Shown here: piece by piece, positions 25,027 through 34,119 of the stretch | How the letters are laid out: each line of letters starts with the position of its first letter | Numbering within the stretch: the stretch's first letter is position 1 | Assembly: GCA_028822585.1 (NCBI GenBank) | Contig: JAPKDL010000008.1 | Span: 1,256-65,255, forward strand | Length of the DNA: 64,000 nucleotides | From: Alphaproteobacteria bacterium | GTDB lineage: Bacteria > Pseudomonadota > Alphaproteobacteria > UBA8366 > GCA-2717185 | Direction of reading: 5' to 3' | Position numbers and translations under genes: made by a program | Notes under the pieces: generated by a model | What the model was told of the DNA's origin: nothing | Database searches by the model: none | What the model saw: only the letters and a program-made list of their open reading frames with translations

Positions 25027-27369
25027 TCAAGCGTTTCCTTTGTTCATCGCGCGCCAGATTCGTTCCGGTGTGGCGGGCATGTCAATATGGGTGACGCCAA
25101 ATGGCGCCAATGCATCGACGACGGCGTTGATGACGGCGGGCAGGGCGGCGGTCGGTCCAGATTCGCCACAGCCCTTAACGCCGAGTGGGTTGGTTTCGCA
25201 ACGGGTCTCATTCACGGCCCAGTCGAAGTTGGGCAGTTCGCGCGCGCGCGGCGTCCAGTAATCCATGCCGGATCCGGTGATCAATTGTCCGTTGTCGGAA
25301 TCATAGACGCTTTCTTCATTCAACGCCTGACCGATGCCTTGCACGACGCCGCCATGCAATTGGCCTTCAACGAGCATTGGATTAATGACGACGCCGAAGT
25401 CGCTGACCATTTGATAGCGTGTAACGTCGACCATGCCGGTATCCTGGTCGATTTCCACCTCGCAGACATGGCAGCCGCACGGGAAGCTGTAGGTCCGCGC
25501 AACATAGTGATTGGCGGCTTCCAAACCCAGGCCTAAATCTTCGGGCACATTGACGTCGTTAAAGGACGCCACGGCGACCGCCGCCAAATCGATAGACCGG
25601 TCCGTGCCGGTGATGACGAATTGCCCGGACTCAAAAGCAATATCCTCCGTACTGGCTTCCATCATGCGAGCGGCAATCTGCTTGCCTTTATCGATGATCT
25701 CCAGGGCGCCGTAATGAATCGCGCCACCCGCGACCGTCGTGGTGCGCGATCCGCCAGACCCGGAGCCGGGGCCAATACGGTCGGTGTCGCCTTGGACCAC
25801 GGTAATGTTGTTGAACGGCAGGCCCAATTTGTCGGCAACAATCTGACTGAAGGTGGTTTTGTGCCCCTGCCCGTTAGTGTGCCCGGTTAAGGTCACGGTC
25901 AACTGACCGGTAGGGTCGAATTGCATGGAAACGCGATTGTCCTTGAAGCCATCCGGTTCGGTGTAGGTGGAAAACCCAAAGCCCAATAACTTACCGCGCG
26001 CTTTGGCGTCGGCGCGGCGGTCCTCCACCGACGCGCGTTCGGCGAGGGTTAGCGCTTCGTCCATGTTTCTGGCGAATTCACCACTGTCGTAGATCAATCC
26101 CATCGCGGTTGTGTAGGGAAAGTCTTCCACCGCCACCATGTTGGCGCGGCGCAACTCTGCGGGATCAGTGTCCAGTTCGCGCGCGGCGGCGTCCACCAGA
26201 CGTTCGACGATATAGCAGAATTCCGGCTTCCCTGCGCCGCGAAACGCCGCAATGGGAACGGTGTTGGTGAAGACACATTGGGTTTCCGCATGAACCGCGC
26301 CGATCCGGTAAACATTGGTCAGCATACGAGTGCCGCCTGCGGTCGGAATAATCGGCGCGCCGCCTGTCAGGTACGCGCCCATGTTGGAAACGGTCTGACA
26401 TCGCAGCGCTATAAATTTTCCGTCCGCGTCCAACGCCAATTCCCCATGCATTCGATGGTCGCGGGCGTGGTAGTCGGTAAGAAATCCATCGGTGCGTTCC
26501 GGATACCATTTGACCGCCCGGCCGATACGCTTCGCCGCCCAGGCCGCAACGATCTGTTCCGGGTACAGGCCATTCTTGATGCCAAACCCGCCGCCAACAT
26601 CGGGCGGGGTTACCACGCGGATTTTTTCGAGCGGCACCTGCACGCTTTTGGATAGGGCGGCGCGGATTTCATTGCTGCCTTGTGACGTGGTGTAAACGGT
26701 ATAGCGGTCTTCCAGAGAATCGTAGCGCGCGACAACCCCGCGTGGCTCTAACGCATTCACCATGATGCGATTGTTGACAACATCCAGCCGCGTAATGTGC
26801 GCCGCGCGCGAAAAGGCAGCGTCCACGGTCGCCTTGTCACCGGATTCCCAATCCAGCGCAACGTTGGATCCAAAATCCGGCCAGATCACCGTGTTAGCGG
26901 TATCTTTGGATTGGAGAGGATTGGTGACGCAGGGTAATTCTTCGTAATCAACGTCGATCAGGAGGGCGGCGTCTTCGGCTTGGATACGCGTTTCCGCCAG
27001 GACAACGGCAATTGTGTCGCCGACATAGCGGGCGCGGTCCGTCGCCATGGCGCGCCATACCGGCGCTTTGATGGGAGAGCCGTCCTTGTTTTTAACCGGA
27101 TACGCGGACGTCAGACGACCGATGCCGTCGGCGTCCAAATCAGCTCCCGTCAAAACAGCGACAACGCCCGCGGCCACAGCCGCAGAGGATATATCAATAC
27201 GTGTGATGACGGCGTGCGCATGTGGCGAGCGCAGGAAATGCGCATGGGTTTGCCCCGGCATGTTGATGTCGTCAATGAACTGACCAACGCCGCGCAAAAG
27301 CGCATCATCCTCAATCCGGACGACCGAACGCCCTATCCCAACCTGTGCTGCAGTTGCGCCGTTACTCAC
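25027..27369 (-). CDS. Xanthine dehydrogenase/CoxL-family molybdopterin-binding large subunit (variant loop AFRGAGKPE)
   Basis: 780 aa, collinear with the 12783-15137 product (IGRSVVRIEDDALLRG, SPHAHA, GGGFG). Confidence 0.9.
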   Translation of the reverse strand: MSNGATAAQVGIGRSVVRIEDDALLRGVGQFIDDINMPGQTHAHFLRSPHAHAVITRIDISSAAVAAGVVAVLTGADLDADGIGRLTSAYPVKNKDGSPIKAPVWRAMATDRARYVGDTIAVVLAETRIQAEDAALLIDVDYEELPCVTNPLQSKDTANTVIWPDFGSNVALDWESGDKATVDAAFSRAAHITRLDVVNNRIMVNALEPRGVVARYDSLEDRYTVYTTSQGSNEIRAALSKSVQVPLEKIRVVTPPDVGGGFGIKNGLYPEQIVAAWAAKRIGRAVKWYPERTDGFLTDYHARDHRMHGELALDADGKFIALRCQTVSNMGAYLTGGAPIIPTAGGTRMLTNVYRIGAVHAETQCVFTNTVPIAAFRGAGKPEFCYIVERLVDAAARELDTDPAELRRANMVAVEDFPYTTAMGLIYDSGEFARNMDEALTLAERASVEDRRADAKARGKLLGFGFSTYTEPDGFKDNRVSMQFDPTGQLTVTLTGHTNGQGHKTTFSQIVADKLGLPFNNITVVQGDTDRIGPGSGSGGSRTTTVAGGAIHYGALEIIDKGKQIAARMMEASTEDIAFESGQFVITGTDRSIDLAAVAVASFNDVNVPEDLGLGLEAANHYVARTYSFPCGCHVCEVEIDQDTGMVDVTRYQMVSDFGVVINPMLVEGQLHGGVVQGIGQALNEESVYDSDNGQLITGSGMDYWTPRARELPNFDWAVNETRCETNPLGVKGCGESGPTAALPAVINAVVDALAPFGVTHIDMPATPERIWRAMNKGNA

Positions 27370-27419
27370 GAAAGTTCTCCTTCATTCGGATACGGTTGTA
27401 AGTATAACCGCCAGACCTC

Positions 27420-28934
27420 CTACGATGCCACACTACGTTTTGCGCGAGGGTTGCGGCATAGATAGACCAGGGGGATGCAAACAACCGTGGCGATGGTGAT
27501 GAGCAGGAAGTCGCTGATATAGGCCGATGCGGTGGCCTGGCGGGTGATTTCGTGTCCTATTGCGGCCAGGCCGCTGTTCGTTTCGATATCCCAGACCAAA
27601 GGCAGGGGAACGTGGCGGTAGGTTTCGTTGTACAACGATACGTCCGGTGCGATGTCGGCGAAATTTCGCTGGGTGTTGCGAATCAACGCGCCGACGACGA
27701 TGGAGACGCCGACGCTGCTGCCAATGTTTCGCAATAACGAGAACAACGCTGTGCCCGTTGGCGTTTGGACAACACTCAGGTCGGAAAAGGTCACTATCGA
27801 GAGCGGTACGAAGAAAAAGCCCATGCCGGCACCTTGGATGACGCTAATGAATATGATCTGCGTTGCGCCGACATCTGGTGTGATTTGCGAAAACTGCCAT
27901 GTTGAATACGCGCAAAGACTCATGCCGAATGCGATGATGGGTCGGGGTTCGATATATTTTAACAATCTGCCTGCTGTATAGGAAGCAAACAGCGTGCCGA
28001 GGCCGCGTGGGGCAAGGACTAATCCAATGGTCAATACGGGAAATCCGCTGAGATTTTGCAGATACGGCGGTATCAACGCTAAAACCGCGAGCATGATTAC
28101 GCCCAGAAGAAACATGAGCATCAAGCCTATCGTGAAGTTACGGCTTTTAAAGATGGCCGGGTCGATGAACGGGTTGCGTGCGGTGAGACTATGAACGATG
28201 AAGGCGTAAAATGCGGCCGCCGACACGCCCGTTAAAATCCAAATTTCCTGTGATGAAAACCAGTCTTGACGCTCACCTCTGTCCAGTGTGAGTTGCATGG
28301 TCGCTAGCGCGACCCCCAGTAATAAAAATCCGAACACGTCGAATGGGTGGCGTGCGCCGCCCTTGGTATCGGGAACAAAAAGAACGACCAGGACGATTGT
28401 CGCCACCGCAATCGGAACGTTGACAAAGAACACCCAGGACCAACTCAAATATTCGGTGATGACACCGCCAAAGGTTGGCCCAAATATGGGTCCGAACATC
28501 ATGCCGATGGTCCACCACCCCATGGCGGTCCCGCGTTCCTCCGCCTCGTAATTGTTCAACAGGATGGCCTGGGACATCGGGCCCAGGGGTGCTGCGAACA
28601 CACCCTGTAATGTGCGGAACGCCACAATTTCCCCCAAGGATTCGGAAAGTCCGCAGAAGACAGAAGTTGTGGTGAATCCAACAACGCAAATTAGGAAGAA
28701 TCGCTTTTGTCCGATGCGGAGGCTTAAAAAACTGCTGGCGGGCGTAACAATGGCTACGGCGATGACGTAAAACGTTAATACCCAGGACACTTGATCCTGT
28801 GTCGCTGATAGGCTGCCCATCAAATGGGGCAGAGCGACGCTGATCATCGATGTGTCGAGCACCTGCATCACCGCGCCGAGCGCGACGGCGAAAGTCAGAA
28901 GGCCCCGATTTTTGACCGTGGCGCGTTTGGTCAT
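27420..28934 (-). CDS. MFS DHA2 (EmrB/QacA-type, 14-TM) multidrug efflux permease
   Basis: 504 aa with MFS motifs. It overlaps the upstream HlyD/EmrA-like gene by 4 nt. Confidence 0.85.
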   Translation of the reverse strand: MTKRATVKNRGLLTFAVALGAVMQVLDTSMISVALPHLMGSLSATQDQVSWVLTFYVIAVAIVTPASSFLSLRIGQKRFFLICVVGFTTTSVFCGLSESLGEIVAFRTLQGVFAAPLGPMSQAILLNNYEAEERGTAMGWWTIGMMFGPIFGPTFGGVITEYLSWSWVFFVNVPIAVATIVLVVLFVPDTKGGARHPFDVFGFLLLGVALATMQLTLDRGERQDWFSSQEIWILTGVSAAAFYAFIVHSLTARNPFIDPAIFKSRNFTIGLMLMFLLGVIMLAVLALIPPYLQNLSGFPVLTIGLVLAPRGLGTLFASYTAGRLLKYIEPRPIIAFGMSLCAYSTWQFSQITPDVGATQIIFISVIQGAGMGFFFVPLSIVTFSDLSVVQTPTGTALFSLLRNIGSSVGVSIVVGALIRNTQRNFADIAPDVSLYNETYRHVPLPLVWDIETNSGLAAIGHEITRQATASAYISDFLLITIATVVCIPLVYLCRNPRAKRSVAS

Positions 28935-29986
28935 TCGTCACTTTGAAAGAAGATGAGCAAGGATGAAATAAATTTAGGTGTTTTGCGTTCGTGCAACGTG
29001 TCGATGTCAACGACAACGCTCATGCCGGCGCGGAGGGGTGGATCCAATGTCGTCTGCACGACGTCGAGCCGAATGGGAATTCGTTGAACGACTTTGACCC
29101 AATTTCCGCTGGTGTTCTGAGGCGGCAAAAGTGCAAATTCCGCGCCTGTCGCCGGGCTTATTGATGAAACGATGGCGGTCCATTCATGGTCTGGGTAAGC
29201 GTCCACGCGCACGGATGCCTGATGACCTGGTTGAATATAGGTAAGGTCGGTTTCCTTCAAATTTGCCTGAATCCAGACGCCGGAGGTTTTCACAATGCTG
29301 AATATGGGTTTTCCCGCCTGTACGTATTCGCCCGGCTGGAGGCCAAAATTCGTGACCACGCCGGCTGTGGGCGCGTAAATCAAGGTGCGTCGAAGATTCA
29401 ACGCCGACTCTCTCCGAACGGCTAGGGCCTCTCGATAACGAGGGTGTTTTGCTAGGGGCGTATCCGGTTTTCCGCCCAAATTTGCGCGGACGTGGGCAAG
29501 TTCTTGTTCGATGGCGATGACCTGCTGTCGCGAAGTCGCAAGGTCGCGCCGGGTTTCGTCCAGTTTGGACAGTGATAAATGACCCTTGGCGTGTAATTTG
29601 ACGCGACGTTCAAATTCCCGCTTGAAGTATTTGGAATCTTCCCGTGCAAGCTTCATTTCCGCCTGTTTTTGACCATAGTCAGCGCGGAGCGCATCAATTT
29701 CTGCGGCAACCAATGCGATGTTGGCGTCGGCTTTGTCGCGTAGGATTCGAAACGATTCCCCATCAATCTGGAACAGCAGCTGGCCTTTGGCGATGAACTG
29801 ATTGTCCTTCACCACGACTTTTGTCACGCGTCCGGAAACATCTGTGCTGATGGCGATTTTGTCCGCCTTGATGTTGGCGTTTTCGGTCGAAATTACCCGG
29901 CCGCCGGTCATATAAAAATAACCGCCGCCGATGGCGATCACCGCGGGCCCCAGGATGAGGATCAACATTCTTTTAAGAAATAGCAT
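28931..29986 (-). CDS. HlyD/EmrA-family membrane fusion protein
   Basis: Single N-terminal TM, coiled-coil centre and beta-barrel C-terminus. It lies between the MarR and EmrB-like genes. Confidence 0.85.
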   Translation of the reverse strand: MLFLKRMLILILGPAVIAIGGGYFYMTGGRVISTENANIKADKIAISTDVSGRVTKVVVKDNQFIAKGQLLFQIDGESFRILRDKADANIALVAAEIDALRADYGQKQAEMKLAREDSKYFKREFERRVKLHAKGHLSLSKLDETRRDLATSRQQVIAIEQELAHVRANLGGKPDTPLAKHPRYREALAVRRESALNLRRTLIYAPTAGVVTNFGLQPGEYVQAGKPIFSIVKTSGVWIQANLKETDLTYIQPGHQASVRVDAYPDHEWTAIVSSISPATGAEFALLPPQNTSGNWVKVVQRIPIRLDVVQTTLDPPLRAGMSVVVDIDTLHERKTPKFISSLLIFFQSDE

Positions 29987-30005
29987 GTTGTCGTGTCGCG
30001 CGGCG

Positions 30006-30404
30006 TTAACCGGCGTCCTCTATTTTGGGGTCTTGGTCGATGAGATTTTTTTTCAAGCGCAACAGGGCGTTCAGCAGGGCGTCCGATTCCGCCGGAGAGA
30101 ACCCCTGCAGTGTCTCCGCGCGCGTTTTCAGCGAAATATGCTGCATCTGCGAAAGGGTTGGATGCGCCTTTTTGGTTACATAGAGACGCCAGGCGCGACG
30201 ATCCATTGGATCCCGGTGACGCTGGACCCAACCTGCGTTTTGCAAACGATCTATGTGGCGGCCAAGCGTGATGTTCTCAACTTCAAGAATGTCCGCTAAC
30301 GCAGTCTGGTTTATGCCTTGCTGAAGACCAATGTGTGCGGAAATGCGCCACTGCGCCCGCGTCAGGGCTAGTTTAGCGGCGCGGTCATCGAAGCGTTTTC
30401 GCAT
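30006..30404 (-). CDS. MarR-family transcriptional regulator
   Basis: Winged-HTH segment QTALADILEVENITLGRHIDRLQNAGWVQR..DPMDRR. Confidence 0.85.
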   Translation of the reverse strand: MRKRFDDRAAKLALTRAQWRISAHIGLQQGINQTALADILEVENITLGRHIDRLQNAGWVQRHRDPMDRRAWRLYVTKKAHPTLSQMQHISLKTRAETLQGFSPAESDALLNALLRLKKNLIDQDPKIEDAG

Positions 30405-30414
30405 GAGGTGCTAC

Positions 30415-30444
30415 ACGTCGCTTAGAACAAAGGCGACGTTTTTG
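30415..30444. promoter_or_regulatory. Hairpin/palindrome ACGTCGC-N11-GCGACGT + TTTT located 10 nt upstream of the marR start
   Basis: Read directly. In the plus orientation it looks like an intrinsic terminator, but no plus-strand gene precedes it. In the minus orientation it sits in the marR leader, so it could be an operator or attenuator. Confidence 0.3.
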
Positions 30445-30526
30445 TCGAGATCGGTATTACGCATGTGCGATAATTAATAAGCTTGCTTGATATAAGCCAG
30501 CCCAATAAAGGGTACATGCTGTTTTA

Positions 30527-31672
30527 TCACCTCTGTTTTGCCGCCCCAGAGGCCAGTAGCGCGTCTATGTCGCTGACAGCGAAGCCCCAATCCGCTAATG
30601 CGTCTTTCGAATGTTCACCGGCGTAGGCGCCGACTTGCGGTGTGTCGCTGGGGGTTCGTTCGAAACGGGGGGCAGGCCCCGGTTGCTTTACCCCGCCAAC
30701 ATCGATGAAGGTGCCGCGATGGACGTTGTGCGGGTGCTCCATGGATTCGCTCATATTCAATACCGGTGCATAGCAGACGTCAATCTGCTCCATAATTTCC
30801 GTCCATTCCTCTCGAGTCTTAGTCTTGAAAACGGTGGCTAATGTCTCCCGGTTTCTCGGCCAATTGTCCCGGTCGGTCTGGGCTGGTAGGTCGGCGTCGC
30901 CAAGGCCGATGGTCTCCAGCAACAGTTTATAGAACTGAGGTTCGTTGGAACCGATGGCGATATGTTCACCGTCGCTGGTTTCATAGGCACCGTAATGGTG
31001 GCAACCGCCGTCGAGCCGGTTCGACTGGCGCTCCTCTTTGAATGTTCCGCCCGCCAATGCGCCGTAGGCTGACGTCATCAAGGACGCCGCGCCTTCCACC
31101 ATGGAAGTGTCAACCACTTGGCCTGTGCCAGATTTTTGTGCTTCGATATAGGCGGCAAGCGCGCCCATTGCCATGTAAAGCGCACCCCCACCAAAATCGC
31201 CGATCAGGTTGAGCGGCGGCGTTGGGCCATTTTCCTTCGTACCAATCGCATGTAAAGCGCCTGTTAGCGCGATGTAGTTGATGTCATGTCCGGCGGTGTG
31301 CGCAATGGGGCCGTCCTGGCCCCAACCGGTCATCCGACCATAAACAATCCTGGGGTTTCGTTCCATGACCACCTCGGGGCTCAGGCCAAGGCGCTCCATG
31401 ACGCCGGGCCGGAAACCTTCGATCAAAATATCCGCCTGGTCACAAAATTTGAGAGCGGCTTCGACGCCGTCGGGATGTTTGAGGTCCAGGGCGATGTTCT
31501 TACGTCCGCGCAGAAGGTTGTTGTATTTTGGTTCGTTCGGGTCGGCGCCGACATTGGCGGCCCGGTCCAAACGGATCACATCCGCGCCCATATCAGACAA
31601 CAACATGCAGCAGAACGGTCCCGGTCCGATGCCTGCGAATTCAACAACTTTTACCCCTGCCAACGGTCCCAT
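30527..31672 (-). CDS. Family III CoA-transferase (alpha-methylacyl-CoA racemase-like)
   Basis: GVKVVEFAGIGPGPFC...DMGADVIRLDR, EGFRPGVMERLG. Paralogue of 47466-48632. Confidence 0.9.
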   Translation of the reverse strand: MGPLAGVKVVEFAGIGPGPFCCMLLSDMGADVIRLDRAANVGADPNEPKYNNLLRGRKNIALDLKHPDGVEAALKFCDQADILIEGFRPGVMERLGLSPEVVMERNPRIVYGRMTGWGQDGPIAHTAGHDINYIALTGALHAIGTKENGPTPPLNLIGDFGGGALYMAMGALAAYIEAQKSGTGQVVDTSMVEGAASLMTSAYGALAGGTFKEERQSNRLDGGCHHYGAYETSDGEHIAIGSNEPQFYKLLLETIGLGDADLPAQTDRDNWPRNRETLATVFKTKTREEWTEIMEQIDVCYAPVLNMSESMEHPHNVHRGTFIDVGGVKQPGPAPRFERTPSDTPQVGAYAGEHSKDALADWGFAVSDIDALLASGAAKQR

Positions 31673-31682
31673 GACTTTCTCC

Positions 31683-32867
31683 TTAAATTTGTGGCTGTAC
31701 GCCCCATTTACGTTGCAAAATTTTAAACGCGCCCAACAACACTGGAATCAGAATCCACAATAATCCAGCGAACCACAAGGGGGCGGCTGTGTTAGCTGTT
31801 GCGTCGAGTACATATCCGGCGATTGCCGGGAACGCCGCCATGCCGATAAAGTAAACTGCAGCGGCGATGGCGAACCCTGCGCGGCGGCTTTCGGGGCGTA
31901 GCACTTGGGACGGCAGCGCCATGATTCCACCGGTACAACCGCCGCGTAAAATTCCGAACAATAATATCCACAATAATACAGGCGCAAAATAGGGCGTGAG
32001 AAGGCAGGTGATAGTGGTTCCCACGGCGCCGCCGATGATAAAATGGTTTGGTTTTCCAGTCCGATCCGACAAGACGCCCCCGAGCGGTACGGAGATCATA
32101 GATGTCACGGCTGCGAGGCTGGTCAGCACCCCCGCTTCGACGACGTCCATACCCTGACTTATCAGCAGCAGTGGCATGAAGCTCATGAAAACGACATACC
32201 CGGTGCTGAACAAGGTGCGGCCAATTCCGGCGAGTACGGACAACACAAATTCAGGCTTGTCGAGAGTCAAAAGCGCTGGGCGGGAGAACGTGTCTTCGGG
32301 TGTCTTATGAGGGCGGAAGAAAACGAAGAACAGGGCCATCGCCACGACGGTCACACTGGCGTTGAGGGTCATTGCGACGGGCCAGGAAGACATCTCCGCG
32401 AGGGAGGGCAACACCGCCATGGCGAGCCCGACGCCAAGTCCAAAGCTGGACGCGACCGTCGCCAGAGCCGTGGCGATTTCTTTGCCGACGAACCAGTCCG
32501 TCACCACCTTCGGGAGCAATATGGTGATCATCACGGCGCCGGATCCACTCAGCAATCGGCTGATGAACATGACGGCGTAGGAGTCTGTTACTGCGAACAG
32601 CAATGCGCCGCAAAGCATCACCGCAAGGCCCATCAACAAGGCCGCCTTGTCACCAATCCGCGTCGCCAAAACGCCGCCGGGCGCGGCCAGAAAAATGCCG
32701 GGAAACATGAACAGGCCGGTCAGAACGCCAATATCGGTATAGCTCAAACCGGCTTCGTTGATCAGAAACGGCGCCAAGGCCGGGACCGCCTGAAACTGCA
32801 TCGGCAAGGTGAGTCCGATCAGGAAGACGAGCCCCAAAACAGCCCATCGGTTGGTCAAACCGGCCAT
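31683..32867 (-). CDS. MFS transporter
   Basis: 12 hydrophobic segments; 10-nt gap to the downstream CoA-transferase gene. Confidence 0.8.
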   Translation of the reverse strand: MAGLTNRWAVLGLVFLIGLTLPMQFQAVPALAPFLINEAGLSYTDIGVLTGLFMFPGIFLAAPGGVLATRIGDKAALLMGLAVMLCGALLFAVTDSYAVMFISRLLSGSGAVMITILLPKVVTDWFVGKEIATALATVASSFGLGVGLAMAVLPSLAEMSSWPVAMTLNASVTVVAMALFFVFFRPHKTPEDTFSRPALLTLDKPEFVLSVLAGIGRTLFSTGYVVFMSFMPLLLISQGMDVVEAGVLTSLAAVTSMISVPLGGVLSDRTGKPNHFIIGGAVGTTITCLLTPYFAPVLLWILLFGILRGGCTGGIMALPSQVLRPESRRAGFAIAAAVYFIGMAAFPAIAGYVLDATANTAAPLWFAGLLWILIPVLLGAFKILQRKWGVQPQI

Positions 32868-32879
32868 CGGTTCATCGCT

Positions 32880-34052
32880 TTAGTAAAACACCGCGGGCGG
32901 GCGGTCCAGCAGGACCTGACCCACGGTTTCGTAATGCGCATCGCGGGACTGGATCTGCTGAGAGACCGTGTGAATGTCGCGGAAGCGTCGCTCGAACGGC
33001 GACCCAGGAAAGATCGCGCTAACGCCTGCTTCGTGATAGACCCAGTCCGCGACTTCGACCGCACCGTGAATGGCGTTGGACGCCCCTAACCGGACCCGGG
33101 CGCGGTCTTCGGTGCTGATTGATGTGCTGGGTTGGGCGGCGGCGTAAATTTCGCGCAGCGCCTCCAGCAGATAAGCGCGTGCCGAACCGATCCGAGCCTC
33201 GCTCCTGGCGACGCCGCTTTGTACGCCCGCGCGATCGGCCAGCGTGTCGAGACCGCGTGGGGTCTTGGTTGTGGCCAATTCCTTGAAGGCTTCCAACATG
33301 GCGCGCGCGATACCCAGCGCGACCCCGGCGACGCCGACGGCGTAGATTCCCTGCATGGTGAAGGCGTAGAGGGGACCCGGTTCGCGGCTGTCGTCGGGGG
33401 TTTCGCGCGATCCGCTGAAGGCGTCGGCGACGAACAAGTCCTCGACCTTGTAGGAATCTGACGCCGTGCCGCGCAACCCGATTGTGTTCCAGGTGTCGAG
33501 CTGGGTCGCCTGATCCACCGGAAAAAGCATGGAGCGAATTTCAGGGTGGCCATCGGCATTGAGGCGGGGCGAACCGTCGGGTTTCTGAACCATGCAATGC
33601 AGTCCCATCCAGGTGGCTTGACGTGATCCACTGGCGAAACTCCATTCGCCGGTGACCCGGTACCCGCCGGGCTCAATGGTAGCCAAAGTTGCGTTGGGCG
33701 GACCCCAGGCGACCAAGGCGTTTGGCGGCCCGAATACCGTTTGCGCGGTTTCAGGTTCAAGATACGGCGCTATCAACGCCGCGCTGTTGGCAACAAAGAC
33801 GTTCCAGCCAACGGAGCTGTTGTGCTGGGAGAGTTCCTCAATGCACTGTAAATAAAGGCCAGGGTGGATTTCGTCGCCGCCCGTTGACTTTGGCAGCAGC
33901 ATTTTACAAAGGCGCAGTTCATGCATGCGCGCTAGCAAGTGCGCTGGAATGCGTCGTGTGCGTTCGACTTCATCGGCGGATTTTGCAAGGTCTCGCGCGA
34001 TGGCCCGCGCGTTCGCCATCGCGTCGACCGGTAGGGCGGTTGGGTTGTTCAT
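32880..34052 (-). CDS. Acyl-CoA-dehydrogenase-fold flavin-dependent monooxygenase/hydroxylase (group D-like)
   Basis: ACAD type-2 architecture without the usual C-terminal catalytic Glu context. Motifs: WSFASGS, TIGLRGTASDSY. Confidence 0.75.
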   Translation of the reverse strand: MNNPTALPVDAMANARAIARDLAKSADEVERTRRIPAHLLARMHELRLCKMLLPKSTGGDEIHPGLYLQCIEELSQHNSSVGWNVFVANSAALIAPYLEPETAQTVFGPPNALVAWGPPNATLATIEPGGYRVTGEWSFASGSRQATWMGLHCMVQKPDGSPRLNADGHPEIRSMLFPVDQATQLDTWNTIGLRGTASDSYKVEDLFVADAFSGSRETPDDSREPGPLYAFTMQGIYAVGVAGVALGIARAMLEAFKELATTKTPRGLDTLADRAGVQSGVARSEARIGSARAYLLEALREIYAAAQPSTSISTEDRARVRLGASNAIHGAVEVADWVYHEAGVSAIFPGSPFERRFRDIHTVSQQIQSRDAHYETVGQVLLDRPPAVFY

Positions 34053-34119
34053 GTCGATTCCTTTGTTTCAATGTATTCGACAAAGGGTTCAGCTTAAACG
34101 AATCAAAAAACCTTACAAA

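Noticed and set aside
32043-33089. 348-aa plus-strand ORF spanning the MFS and ACAD-fold genes
   Set aside because: It is a highly charged, His/Arg/Gln-rich nonsense-like sequence. It bridges two well-supported minus-strand genes, so it is an antisense artefact. The same applies to 14160-14885, 22101-22808, 23214-23837, 28273-29016, 33086-33760, 37964-38455 and 49687-50304.
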